From positions 38,006,001 to 38,070,000 of the forward strand of contig NC_043013.1 of NCBI RefSeq assembly GCF_006345805.1: a DNA stretch of 64,000 nt, in the 5' to 3' direction. The notes beneath the pieces were generated by a model. It was not told the origin of the DNA. It saw only the letters and a program-made list of their open reading frames with translations, and made no database searches. The stretch is from Octopus sinensis (taxonomy: Eukaryota). The number at the start of each line of letters is the position of its first letter. Position 1 is the first letter of the stretch. The position numbers and the translations under genes are program-made. Positions 1 through 12,700 of the stretch are shown here, in pieces.

Positions 1-350
1 GCATGTGTGTGTGCGTGTGTGTGGGTGGGTGGGTGGGTGTACGTCTCTGTTCGTATGTGTGTATGTGTGTACGTGAATACCTGCGAGTTTATGAGTAATT
101 GTTTACAAATGTTTGCTATATTGCACCAATGAATAAGTCACGACAAAATGGCGAATAAAGAGCAGTAATATTTGCTGTTATTGTTTAAAACCTAGGTCAA
201 TCATAAAGAGACCGGGCGTATAACCAATGGCATCTTAAATCTCAACATGCTACAGTTTTGTAAAATTTGCTTAGTTATATGCAGAAATAAATCATCTAAT
301 CTACCTGTAATTTTCATTGTTGCGGAATTCCTTTTAACGATATATAGATA

Positions 351-549
351 TCCAGAGGTAATGCAGTACGATCGTTTCATGCAACTTCATTTAATTGAAC
401 AATGCAATCATTACATCAATTTAAAATGCAGACCAATCTTCAGCTGCACAATGATATAGAAGATTGCTCTACATTTTAGACTGATGTAATGATTGCATTG
501 TTGAATTAATTGGAGTTGCATGAAACGATCGTACTGCATTACCTCTGGA
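351..549. repeat. Long inverted repeat (arms of ~91 bp, 17-nt loop)
   Basis: 351-441 (tccagaggtaatgcagtacgatcg...gaccaatcttc) is the near-perfect reverse complement of 459-549 (gaagattgctc...cgtactgcattacctctgga). Confidence 0.9.
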
Positions 550-910
550 GATCCTTGTTGCTTATTTTGATATATATATATATATATATAAGCCATTTCT
601 AGTGGCCGATCGCGATAAGGTAATTTACATAACATAATTTATAAAGGATAAATTTATGGTTTCATGAATTATTTAAGTATATTATCACATAAGTTAATTT
701 AAATGCACATAATCATATATTTTTCTTCATCAATCCACGTAAGAAAACCTTTCAATAAATGTATGATGAAACGTAGTACATATGTATATACTTCCAAAAT
801 TGCGGTGCGTCGAAAACACAGCATATACTGTAATTATAATACAATAACTAATTAAGACAGTTACCATATGTTTCATCTAAAAAGTAGGCCCTATTCGTGC
901 TTTGATAATA

Positions 911-1450
911 CAGGATGTTCCGTTTAAATTTGACAGTTTGTATGAAAGGAAAAGGAAATACACAATCATTAAAAATTAAAAGTATTTTTAAAAATCGAAA
1001 ATATCAACTTCATTATTGCAGTGAGATAACCGCTTACTCAAAGTAGTCGCCCTCAGCTTCTACTACAGCCTCAAAAGGTTTCTTGATACTGGCACATATT
1101 TCTGATTTTGGTCTGAGAAAGATCTTCGAGCACGTCTTTATCTTGGCCACCTCTTCGGGTTTGGTGTTGCAGGCAGAGCAGTTTGTGTATTTCTCAACTG
1201 CACCCCATGCATAAAAATTCATAGGATTAGAATCGAGGGAGTTAGTACGACACAAATTGGAGCTGATGTAGTCGTAGAAATTCTCCAGCAACTTCTGACT
1301 TTTTCCGGGGGTATGGCAAAAAGCCGAATCCTACTGTAATGCATAGAGTAGCTATCCCCTCCAGTCATGAATTGACCAGTTTCCAGCAGTTTCACATAGC
1401 TGCCTGTATTAGGATCAACCCAGGTGTGCAGACGCAGTCAGAACCCCTAC
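911..1450 (-). mobile_element. Tc1/mariner transposase 3' remnant with right terminal repeat
   Basis: The minus-strand ORF reads NSLDSNPMNFYAWGAVEK...FEAVVEAEGDYFE, a decayed WPPNSPDLNP-type motif plus C-terminus. Further decayed frames lie upstream. TA|CAGGATGTTCC at 909-921 resembles a TA-flanked TIR. Confidence 0.75.
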
Positions 1451-1718
1451 TGTGTCGCTTTCTACAGGTCACGGCGTCGTAGTCTCCATTGCAGCCTTCC
1501 ATGTCGCGTCTTACAGCGTTTACAGGTCCACAGATATAATTTTGATAACCGGCACGAATCATCAGGATAGAGGTAAGCTTTTATTCCAGTTGTCGGATAA
1601 CTTCCAGTCCTCCATATCCGCTAACTTATTCTCAATAGCAACTTTACAAATTTAATTATTATGCTGTTCAACGCCGTTGACTGGAAATAATACATCAAAC
1701 AGTTAATAAAAAAATAAA

Positions 1719-1965
1719 TGCGCCTATTTAAAGCCTAGCCAGGCTCATGGACCCGGTTTCCCGGTTTCAATGGCGTATGTGTTCCCCAGCTGGACGGGAC
1801 GCCAGTCCATCGCAGCGTTACTCACTTTTGCCAGCTGAGTGGACTGGAGCAAGGTGAAATGAAGTGTTTTGCTCAAGAATACAACTCGGCGCCCAGTCCA
1901 GGAATCGAAACTACAATCTTACGATCATGATGCTGACACCCAAATCACTAAGCCACGCCCCTCCA
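1719..1965 (-). mobile_element. tRNA-derived SINE (family A), first of two tandem copies
   Basis: Reverse strand has a tRNA-like head (ggcgtggcttagtg...gtttcgattcctgg) and a body repeated at 1966-2214 and 27490-27770. Confidence 0.8.
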
Positions 1966-2214
1966 TTTGCGCCCTTTCAAAGCCTAGCTAGACTCATGGG
2001 CCCAGTTTCCCGGTTTCAATGGCGTATGTGTTCCCTAGCTGGACGGGACGCTAGTCCATCGCAGAATTACTCATTTTTGCCATCTTAGTGGACTGGAGCA
2101 ACCTTGAAATAAAGTGTTTTGCTCAAGAACACAACTCGTCGCCGGTCCAGGAATCGAAACCACAATCTTATGATCATGGTGCTGACACCCTAACCACTAA
2201 TCCACGCGCCTCCA
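1966..2214 (-). mobile_element. tRNA-derived SINE (family A), second tandem copy
   Basis: Direct, diverged repeat of 1719-1965. Confidence 0.8.
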
Positions 2215-2689
2215 CCATCAAACTGTTACTGTTAAAAAAAAGAGAGAGGCGTGCAAAATGCTCATCCTGGATCTTATGACTAATAAACACAAGCTCTTAA
2301 TAGGGCTTCACGCACACAACAAAAACACAGACAAACACACACACGCGCGCACACACATACACAAACACACACACACAGACACACGTGTGTGCGTTAGTAT
2401 ATGTTCGTCTTGCTTTTTGCTTTGTTTCTTGTTTCTTTTTGCAGTTTTAACTCTATGAGACTTATAATGTGAATATATTGTGCAACAGGTTGACTTTTCA
2501 GGTCAACAGTTTAATGTTTTAAGTATTTCGTTGTTAAGCATAAGTGTCTTTCAAAGAGTTAACTAGGTTATTGGTATTTGAAATATCAATTGAAAGAAAG
2601 ACAAAGTAAAAAGAAATAATTTTGAAATAAATAAAGGTAGGGCTCTCATTCATAAGAGTTACATTGAAAAAAATATATATAAATATATA

Positions 2690-2745
2690 TAAAGAGGGAG
2701 AGAGGGGGAGAGAGGAGGAGGGAGAGAGAAGTTTGTGGCTCTGTG

Positions 2746-2780
<35 letters not shown>

Positions 2781-2933
2781 CACAAACTTCCTCTCTCTCT
2801 ATATATATATATATCATAAGTATGTATATGTTTGTAACTATATTTCTCTTTACCTTTCTCTCTCTTTCTTTCACTCTTTCTCTCTGCCTCTCTCTCAGTG
2901 TCTATATACATATATATATATATATATATAGCG

Positions 2934-3024
<91 letters not shown>

Positions 3025-3031
3025 GATAGAT

Positions 3032-3072
<41 letters not shown>

Positions 3073-3090
3073 GAGATAGATAGATAGACT

Positions 3091-3122
<32 letters not shown>

Positions 3123-3123
3123 T
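2690..3123. repeat. Compound microsatellite (GA/TA/TC, then long (GATA)n)
   Basis: Visible directly. The GATA run spans ~2933-3122. Confidence 0.95.
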
Positions 3124-5682
3124 GTTTCTTTATTAGCCACACAGGGCTGCACACAGATAGAACAAATTACAAGGTAGAGCTTTTCTTTTGAAGGGGTAAA
3201 AAAAAAAGGAAGGGGGGAGTTTCGATCAAAAGGGATCGTAAAAGGAGAGAAGGAGGACAAAAAAGGGGAGGTTAAAAAATAAAAGGGGGAGAGGAAAAAA
3301 AAAAATTGATCATTAGGGATCGTTATCACAGAAATGTCAATATGAAGTGTAAAGGGGAGGACAGGTGAGGTTTACCCGTGGAAAGAAAAGCCTACGGAAA
3401 AGACCACGGTAACCTCGGTCAATGAAGTCACATTTTATATTTCTTTTTTTTTTTTTTTGCAAATAAGCAACTCTCTGTTTTCGATTTCTGTGTTCATAGG
3501 ACTATGCTCAAGGTGGCTTCGTCATTCATACGTGCCATTCTTGCTACATTCACCCATCTTTTTAAAACATTCGCTAGACAAAACTTGCCTCTCTACTCTC
3601 ACTTTCCTTTTCAAGTGGTACTTGAAGAAGTTGATGAGAGATTGACCAGAGAGGAAAGTGTTTGTCTCCAATCCTTTCAGACGCGTCCACCAGATACATT
3701 CTTTCGCCATAGCCACAAGGATGATGAAAATAGCTCTTCCTTCCCGTTTGAAGGAAGGAGGCGTGACAATATTGACGATAGACTCAGCTGATAACCGACT
3801 CGTCCCACACGTGACAGCAGTTGTTCGACATAAGCCCACAGGTCGGAAATTGTTGGACACTGAACGAGTGCGTGCAGAACGGTTTCGTCGCTCTGACCGC
3901 ATCTCGGGCAGGTCGGCCCCGTGTTTCTCGAGCCGTGTCTGTAGAGCTTATCCCGAACGGGTAGCGCTTCTCGGTAGCACTGCCAGGCCAGGGATCTCTG
4001 GAAGTTGTCCATGGGCCCTGGCCCGAAAGTCGTCCTGAACAGGCGGGTCAGGTACTCCTCGTCGACGTCCAGGTTCGCCCCGATCTTGTCGTCGTACCTC
4101 CCCTCCACTAAACCCCTATAGAATGCTTTGGTTGTGTTGAAGTCACTTAAGGTTGACCCAGGACGGCAGAGTTGCTTGAGAGCAACGCGACACTCGCGGT
4201 GCCATTCGCCCTTCCTCGGCCTCTTTTGATCCACGACTGCAGTTCGGTCATGGAGACGAGCTGCGGGAAAGCGTGCCTCACAAACGGCGACCACACTCTT
4301 CACCGTCGTCTACATAGAGCCAGAGATGTCGCAGTCTCAGCGCGTGTCTGCGCATCATCAACCACGGCATGCCCAGCCCTCCTTTTAACGGGGTTGACAG
4401 CAAATGGATCGCCTGACCATCGGGACGCATCCTTTCCACAAGAAGCGAAAGAGGATGCGTTGTAGTTTGGTGATGGTAGGGTCGGGACAAGGTACGACGG
4501 TCAGGCGGTAGTAGATGACGGACGCGATGTACGTGTTCGCCACCTCCGCTCGACCTTTTAGGGACAGTTTCCTCTCGGCCCATTGCCGGGCGAGAGTGAC
4601 CACCCTACTCGTTATCTCGTTCCAGTTCTTCTCCACTTGGAGGTCCGGACCAAACCAGACCCCGAGCAACTCAACCGGTTCGTCGGTCCAGCGTCCCACG
4701 ACGGAGGCGCTGGTGGACGGCATGGGCTTGCTTCTCCAGGTGCCTAGTCGCAAGCCCACTGACTTTTCCCGGTTGATTTTCGCTCCTGTCACCGCTTCGT
4801 AGTTTTTCAGTGTCTCGCCGACCAGCTCGATGTGCTCGTGGCTAGACACTATGACGGTGACGTCGTCCGCGTATGCAGACACGCTCGTCCCGCATCCCAA
4901 TTCTCGCGGGATGCCCCTTAGAGTTGCCAGCTTCCGCAGTAGTGGCTCAAGAGTCAATACGTATAGAAGTGCCGAGAGGGGGCATCCCTGACGGACCGAA
5001 CGTGCAATGTCGAAAGGTCTCGATAGATGTCCATTTACGCGAATTATCGAACGGATGCCTCTGTACAAGGCAGCTATCCAGCCGCGGAAGACGGGACCGA
5101 AACCAGCCGCTCTCAGGACTGCCTCCAAGTATCGATGGTCTACCCTATCAAAGGCTTTCGATTGATCCAAGTTGATCAGGGCCCCACCCATGCCAGGTTC
5201 GTTAACTACCCTGTCTATGATGTAGCGCATCAGATGGAGGTTGTCATGGATGGTCCGGCCTGGCACGGCGCATGTTTGCGCCTTGTCGACCAGTTTCTCG
5301 ATGACAAGCGCCAACCTCTTGGCTAGCACCTTGGCCAAAATTTTCAAGTCTGCATTAAGCAGAGTGATGGGCCTAAAGTTATCTATTACATTTCCCTTGT
5401 TTAGATCTTTCTTCAGCAGTGTTACGGCTCCTCGGCTCACAAAACCAGGAATGCTCCCGTTTTGCTGCCAGTTGCAGTACACCGCCGCCAAGAGATCTCC
5501 AAACATGTCTGGCATACAATTGTAAAGCTCGTAGGTTAGACCATCCAAACCCGGTGATTTGTCCCTCGAGCATTCTGCCATCGCTTCCCGCACTTCCGCC
5601 GCCGTGATGGCACCTTCGCAGCACCCTGCCTTTCTTGTCGAGAGTCGTGGTAGGCTATGTAGGTAGGCACTGAAGTCCACCC
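3124..5682 (-). mobile_element. 5'-truncated Tx1/L1-clade LINE embedded in (GATA)n
   Basis: RT motifs KSPGLDG, NFRPITLLNADLKILAK, LDQSKAFDRV, VRQGCPLS, AYADDV, then zinc-binding CPRCGQSDETVLHALVQC. The 3' UTR ends aataaagaaa before (tatc)n. Confidence 0.92.
3522..5680 (-). pseudogene. Tx1-type ORF2 (RT plus C-terminal zinc-binding domain), frameshifted
   Basis: ORF pieces 4385-5680, 4278-4583, 3677-4303 and 3522-3902 join into one RT/zf-RVT protein across about three frameshifts. Confidence 0.88.

Positions 5683-5760
<78 letters not shown>
5683..5760. repeat. (GATA)n microsatellite at the Tx1 5' junction
   Basis: Pure GATA run begins immediately after ...gtccaccc. Confidence 0.95.
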
Positions 5761-5994
5761 TTTGCTACACTCACAACCCGAATGAATAAGAAAAACTTAA
5801 GGTACTAGATTTAGACTTCAATTTTCTTTTTCTTTATTTCATGTCAGTGAATAAATTTTCTGTCCTCCTCTCTATCTATCGCTCTTTCTCTCTCTTTCTC
5901 TCTCTCTCCCTCTCTTACTCACTCTCTCAATCACTCACGGGATGCGCGTGCGCTCGCACAGACGAGTATGCAACACAACCGACAGAAACAGAGT

Positions 5995-6479
5995 GGGGGG
6001 GGCAATGGCCCAGTGGTTAGGGCAGCGGACTCGCGGTCGTAAGAACGTGGTTTCGGTTCCGAGACCGGGCATTGTGAGTGTTTATTGAGTAAAAACACCT
6101 AGGCTCCACGAGGCTCCGGCGGGTGGGTGGGTGTTGGGGTGAACCCCGCTGTACTCTTTCACCACAACTTTCTCTCACTCTTCCTTCCTACTTCTACTAC
6201 AAAGCAGAGGAACCATGGTGCAATTCACTACGGTGGGGTAAACTTTCAGACCCTATTCTAGATTGCGAATCCTCTGTACCCAAGGATGGTTCACCTCTCC
6301 ACCCGTTAAAATCCACCGTTTACGGAATGAGGATAACAACGTAGCTTTCGCGCCCGTGCAACTGCCTGTCTATCGCGTGTGGTGGGTGGATCTTCAAGTT
6401 GCCACACGCATTCGTAGTAGCTTAGAGTAGGCTCGAATTAGAGATTATTCTTTGTGGCTTATGGGGTGAGTCCTGATTG
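5995..6479 (+). mobile_element. tRNA-derived SINE (family E) with a ~290-bp distinctive tail, followed by (AAT)n(GAA)n
   Basis: Head gcaatggcccagtggttagggcagcggactc...gtttcggttcc. An inverted homologue lies at 40445-40912. Confidence 0.85.
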
Positions 6480-6511
6480 TAATAATAATAATAATAATGA
6501 TAATAATAATA

Positions 6512-6578
<67 letters not shown>

Positions 6579-6922
6579 AAGAAGAAGAAGAAGAAGAAAG
6601 AAGAAGAAGAAGAAGAAGAAGAGGAACAGAACGAAAGTAAAGTTTGTGTTGACCCATGACTAGCTCACTCTCAGGTGTCAAATTTCACTCAAATCGAATC
6701 CTGTTTTGAGGGAAAATATAAACGATATATAATGTAATTACCTCGTCACAAGGCCTGTCATTTCCACACTAATTTATTTCTCTTTTTGCTCATGTTTTCT
6801 TAAGAGTCAACCTCAACCAACAGATCAAACCGGACATTAATTGTATCGATTCTCACTGAGGGTCTAAGATGGTCATGGTCACAATCCCTCCCTTCATTTT
6901 AATAATAAATAAAGTCCTATGT

Positions 6923-7232
6923 TTGGCTCAGTGGTTAGAATGTCAGGCTCACAATCATGAGATAGTGGGTTCGATTCCCGGATCAGGCTGTGTGTTGTGT
7001 TCTTGAGCAAGACACTATTTTCCATTGCTCCAGGTCACGTAGCTGTAGAAATAAGTTACTACGTCACCGGTGTGAAGCTGTACTGGCCTTTGCCTTTCCT
7101 TTGGATAACGTCTGTGGTGTGGAGAGGAGTGGCTGGAATCCATGGGTGACTGTTGGTTTTCCATAAACAATCTTGCCTGAACCTGGTGGGATAACTTTCT
7201 AGGTGCAATCCCATGACCATTCATTCATTCAT
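6923..7232 (+). mobile_element. tRNA-derived SINE (family D) with (CATT)n tail
   Basis: A-box-like ggctcagtggttag, B box gggttcgattccc, body ttgtgttcttgagcaagacac, ending cattcattcatt. Confidence 0.8.
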
Positions 7233-7364
7233 TACCGACGGATGTCTTTACATTTTATGGTGCTCTTAGGATTAAGAAAATACCATAATAAAACGCCAAA
7301 TGTAAAACGAGAAAATTAAATACACCTGTACACCAGAAATTTCTTCCACTCCAGTATAATAACC

Positions 7365-7540
7365 ATTTCTACAAAATGTACAAGGCCTTAAAATTTAGGG
7401 GAGGGGACCACTGGATTATATCGACTCCAGGATAAAAGGGACAGTCGACTTCGGCAGAATTTGAACTCAGAACGTAGCGGCGGGCGAAATACCGCTAAGC
7501 ATTTCATCCAGCGTGCTAACGATTCTGCAAGCTCACTGTC
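7365..7540 (-). mobile_element. SINE family B fragment
   Basis: gtcgacttcggcagaatttgaactcagaacgtag...gctaacgattctgc is shared with many copies in the window. Confidence 0.75.
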
Positions 7541-7546
7541 TTTTAG

Positions 7547-7722
<176 letters not shown>

Positions 7723-8059
7723 GAGAAGTACGTGGAACAACTTGCAGAAAACAGCACTGCTTGGAACCGCTCGAATACTGCGGAAGGTACTCGAAAGATA
7801 AGAGGTGTTACCTTAGTTCACTGGTAGTGAACAGCTGACACTGTAGTACATCTCTAGCGTTAGAAGCTGTGCAAAGGCAACAACAACGAAAACAACAACA
7901 ACAGCAACAACAACAACAACAACAACAACAATAATAATAATAATAACTCTTTCTAAGTCCGCGAGTTGGCAGAGTCGTTAGCACGCTGGACGAAATACTT
8001 AGCATTTCGCCCGGAATGCTAACGACTCTGCCAACTCGCCGCCCTGTTTTTATTATTAA

Positions 8060-8090
<31 letters not shown>

Positions 8091-8091
<1 letters not shown>

Positions 8092-8832
8092 GCTCAAAAG
8101 CTACCTGGGCAGTTTTTTAGCTAGCTCCTGTAGTGGGATCTTCATTAGGCTCGTTCTCTCTCTCTCTCTCTCTCTCTTTCTCTTTCTGTTGATTGTTTTC
8201 AACCATGATCATCACCAGTACCACCACCATCGCCACCACCACTGCCATACACACACCATTCAGACTTCTGACGCCACTACCATCAGTACATTTGATTTGG
8301 CCACCTTCCTCTTCCACCACCATGACCACTGTCTTTCACATAGCTTACTTTTACCATCATCCCTCACCATCACCACCACCACCACTACCATCACCGCCGC
8401 CTCCGCTTCTATCATTACTTACAGCTCATACTATTATTATCACACCATTACCCTCATAAAAAGGCTAAATATGTGTGTTCGTTCAGTTTGTTATTGAGCA
8501 TGTTACTTCAGTGTTCGGTCCTTCCTTCTCTCATATACCCACTCTTTCTCTCACTCTTATTATTACTCCCACTACCATCATCAACACTCTCTAAATTTCC
8601 TTGTCTCTCTTTCTCTCCCTCACTTTTTCTTACTCTCTTTCTCTCTCACTCTGTCCGTCTTCGCCACTGCCCTCACCGTCACTATCCCTACTATTACTCT
8701 CATCCCGTCATGAGGAATACTAGGAGTGTCATTGAATACTGAAAAGGGGGGGGGGTCTAAGTGTGGCACACTGACGCACAGAAATAAGTTTTTGCACTTA
8801 TTTTCTTATTTTTTTTCTTCTTCTTCTTCTTC

Positions 8833-8908
<76 letters not shown>

Positions 8909-9649
8909 GCTCAAAAGCTACCTGGGCAGTTTTTTAGCTAGCTCCTGTAGTGGGATCTTCATTAGGCTCGTTCTCTCTCTCTCTCTCTCTCTCTTTCTCT
9001 TTCTGTTGATTGTTTTCAACCATGATCATCACCAGTACCACCACCATCGCCACCACTACTGCCATACACACACCATTCAGACTTCTGACGCCACTACCAT
9101 CAGTACATTTGATTTGGCCACCTTCCTCTTCCACCACCATGACCACTGTCTTTCACATAGCTTACTTTTACCATCATCCCTCACCATCACCACCACCACC
9201 ACTACCATCACCGCCGCCTCCGCTTCTATCATTACTTACAGCTCATACTATTATTATCACACCATTACCCTCATAAAAAGGCTAAATATGTGTGTTCGTT
9301 CAGTTTGTTATTGAGCATGTTACTTCAGTGTTCGGTCCCTCCTTCTCTCATATACCCACTCTTTCTCTCACTCTTATTATTACTCCCACTACCATCATCA
9401 ACACTCTCTAAATTTCCTTGTCTCTCTTTCTCTCCCTCACTTTTTCTTACTCTCTTTCTCTCTCACTCTGTCCGTCTTCGCCACTGCCCTCACCGTCACT
9501 ATCCCTACTATTACTCTCATCCCGTCATGAGGAATACTAGGAGTGTCATTGAATACTGAAAAGGGGGGGGGGTCTAAGTGTGGCACACTGACGCACAGAA
9601 ATAAGTTTTTGCACTTATTTTCTTATTTTTCTTCTTCTTCTTCTTCTTC

Positions 9650-9703
<54 letters not shown>

Positions 9704-9716
9704 TATTATTATTATT
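8091..9716 (+). repeat. Tandem duplication with 817-bp period, bounded by (ATT)n
   Basis: agctcaaaagctacc starts at 8091 and at 8908. The ORF track shows matching ORFs offset by 817 (8117/8934, 8189/9006). Confidence 0.95.
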
Positions 9717-12700
9717 CTATGTTTGACTTTTGCTTTATATTTGTACAAGTTGGCTCCAAGTCTCACCCAGAGACCTCAAGAGACAACAGGGTTGGAAGTT
9801 CATCTTGTTGTTATGCCTAGTGTGCCATATATTTGGGGGGTGGGGATGTTGTACTAATGAATGTCTAAAAAAAAAAATTTTTTTTTTTTTTTTTTTTTAA
9901 ACCGAAATTTATGGTTGTTTTAAACCTTGAGGTTACATAGAGAGTATTTTGCGTAGGATATGAGCAGTTCCCATGAGCACTATCTTTTGAACTTCTGCCA
10001 TTTTTGGGTTTCCTGGTATCTGAGTTAGGTAGCTATCAGCCCCTTTTGCTATCATTCCCAGGGCACCAATGACAACAGTATTGTTTTAGTCTTCAGCTTC
10101 CACATTTTGCTGATTTCTATTTCAAGATCTTTATATTTGCTCAGTTTTTGGTAGGTCCTGACAGATACGTTTATATCGATTGGGACAGTCATATCAATGA
10201 GGAGGCATGTTCTTTGTTTGAAGTCTTTCAATATGATGTCTGGCCTATTTGCATCTATCTTCCTGTCAGTTTGAATGGTGAAGTTCCAGAGGAGTGAGAT
10301 GTGGTCATTTTCAAGCACTGGGGGTGGTTTGTGTTCCCACCAGTTTTTTTCATGGGGCAAATCCAGGTTTTTACAGATTACCCAGTGAATATATTGTGCA
10401 GCTCTATCGTGCCTGTTGAGATACTCTGTAGGCGCTAGAAGACTGCACTTGGAGACCACATGGTCAATGGTTTCATTTTGTTGCTTGCATACACGACACG
10501 TTGGACTGCTTCTGATCTTTAATATGTTGGCCTGGTAGTTTCTTGTTGGTAGGCATTGATCTTGAGCTGCTATGATAACCCCTCTGTTTCAGATTTTAAG
10601 CCAGAGGCCATTAGCCATTGATGGGTCAGGGCTTTGTCGATATCTGCATTATTCGCTCTCTTGGGTATTTGCCGTAGAGAGGTTTTTCTTGCCATTTATT
10701 ATTCAGAATATCTAAGGCCGCAGTTTTGGCACGGGTTTTCATGCGCCTAGCTTTTTCTGTGCTTGTTTCTTGTATGTCTATCTCTAATTCCGAAATTGGT
10801 TGTATTCGGAATTCACTTAGATATTCCTTTGCCTGTTTTGTGACTGAGTATGATGCTTTCTTGTTTTCATGTTTTGAGACAAGTTTTAACATCCAGTCCT
10901 CAGAGTTTTTCAGGTAGGTGTTTAGGCCAATTGTAGCAATCTTCATTGTTATTGCCAGTTGCAAAAGACCACGGCCTCCCTCTTTTCTTGGCAGATAGAG
11001 TCGTTCTGTATCTGCCTTAGGGTGGTGCATTCTATGCATTGTCAACAGTTTCCTTATTTTTCTGTCGAGCTGACATATTTCAGTAATTGACCAGTTAACA
11101 ATATTGAAACTGTAAGTCACGACTGGTATAGCTAATGCATTGATTGCTTCGATCCTGTTTCTTGCATTCAGCTCTGTCTTGAGTATTGCTCTCACTCTTC
11201 GATAGCATTCTCTCCTGATCCTTTCCTTCATCTCTGAATGCCTTATTCCGTTCCCTTCAATTACCCCTAGGTACTTGTAGCTCTCCGCTGGGTCTAGTTC
11301 TTTTATGACATTCTGTTGGTCAAGGTTAACGTTAGATGTTTCTGTCATTTTTCCTTTGATAAAGGTAGCCTTTTCACATTTATCGATGCCGAATTGCATT
11401 CTGATGTCGTCACTGAATTGTTTGACTATCGCTAGTAAGCCCTTGAGTTGTTAATCATTTTTTGCAAAAAGCTTTAAATCATCCATGTAAACGAGATGAT
11501 TTATATTTTTATCAAACATTTTATACCCGTACTGCGCGTCATTGAGCAGCTTTGAGAGAGGTATTAAGGATAAACAAAAGAGGAGTGGTGACAGTGAGTC
11601 ACCCTGGAAAATGCCACACGAAGTTTTTACATCACCAGCATTTAGGGATTCACTGTCACTGTTCAGAGTTAGTGTGGTTCTCCATGATCTCATACTTACA
11701 GTCAAGAAGTTTCGCAGAGTTGGTGCTATCTTATACATTTCAAGGTATTTCCTAATCCAGCTATGTGGTAGGCTATCAAAAGCCTTTTTATAGTCTATCC
11801 AAGCTATTGATAAGTTTTTGTGTCGTTTGTGACAATCTTCTAAGATCATCTTATTGATGAGTAGTTGGTCTTTACAGCCGTAGGATCCACGTTTACATCC
11901 TTTCTGTTCATTAGGGAATATGCTGCTGTCTGTTAAAAAACTATAGGTATATTCCGTCAGGACAGATGTTAGAGTTTTGTACATAGTTGTTAAGCAGGTT
12001 ATGGGTCTATAGTTTTTTGGTTCATTTGTTTCTTCACTTTTTGGAAGCAGGAATGTTAACCCATTAACTAGCCAAGGAGGCATCCTACTAGGGTGTTGCA
12101 GAACATCATTGTACAGTTCTGTTAGCAGTTCATGGCTCTCTGGGAAGGCATTCAGCCAGAAGTTAGGAATTTTATCCTTTCCTGGAGACTTCCATTTGCT
12201 TGACCTCCTGAGAGCAAATCTTATATCTTCTACCTTGAAACCCTCCCACTTTTGCTCTTCTAAGGGGTCCAGTTCTGTAGATATTCTGTCAATCCAGGGG
12301 GCCTTTTCGTTGTGTGTTTTTTCTTCTGCCCAGATTTTATTCCAAAATCTCTGCACTTCTTCTTTTGATGGTACAGACCCTGCAGTAAACGCTGTTTTCC
12401 TATCTTCCTGTAAAAATTCTTGGTGTTATTTTTGAACATGTTGTTGTCCTTGAAAAATCTAACACGCTTTTCATACCTCGCTATGCGGGTAGCTTTGGCA
12501 GATACCTTTTGTTTGATGGTTTCTATGGTGGCATCAATATCAAGTATAGTTTTCATATTGTATTTTTTCAGTAATTTTTGGGTTTTTGTAGGTTTGGTAG
12601 TCTTGTGAGCCTTAAGGTTTTTCAAATATTCAATGTCAGATCTAAATACTTTAATTTGTTGTTGCAGACGCTCTTGCCAAGAAAGCTTTTTGTGGGACTG

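Noticed and set aside
2446-2662. piggyBac-like MITE (ttaa|ctctatga ... tcataagag|ttac)
   Set aside because: The inverted match is only ~10 bp and imperfect, the right TTAA is absent, and there is no second copy in the window.
6923-7000. SINE heads (also 5995, 52912, 61929) as tRNA genes
   Set aside because: They have A/B boxes but no complete cloverleaf or acceptor stem, and continue into SINE bodies.
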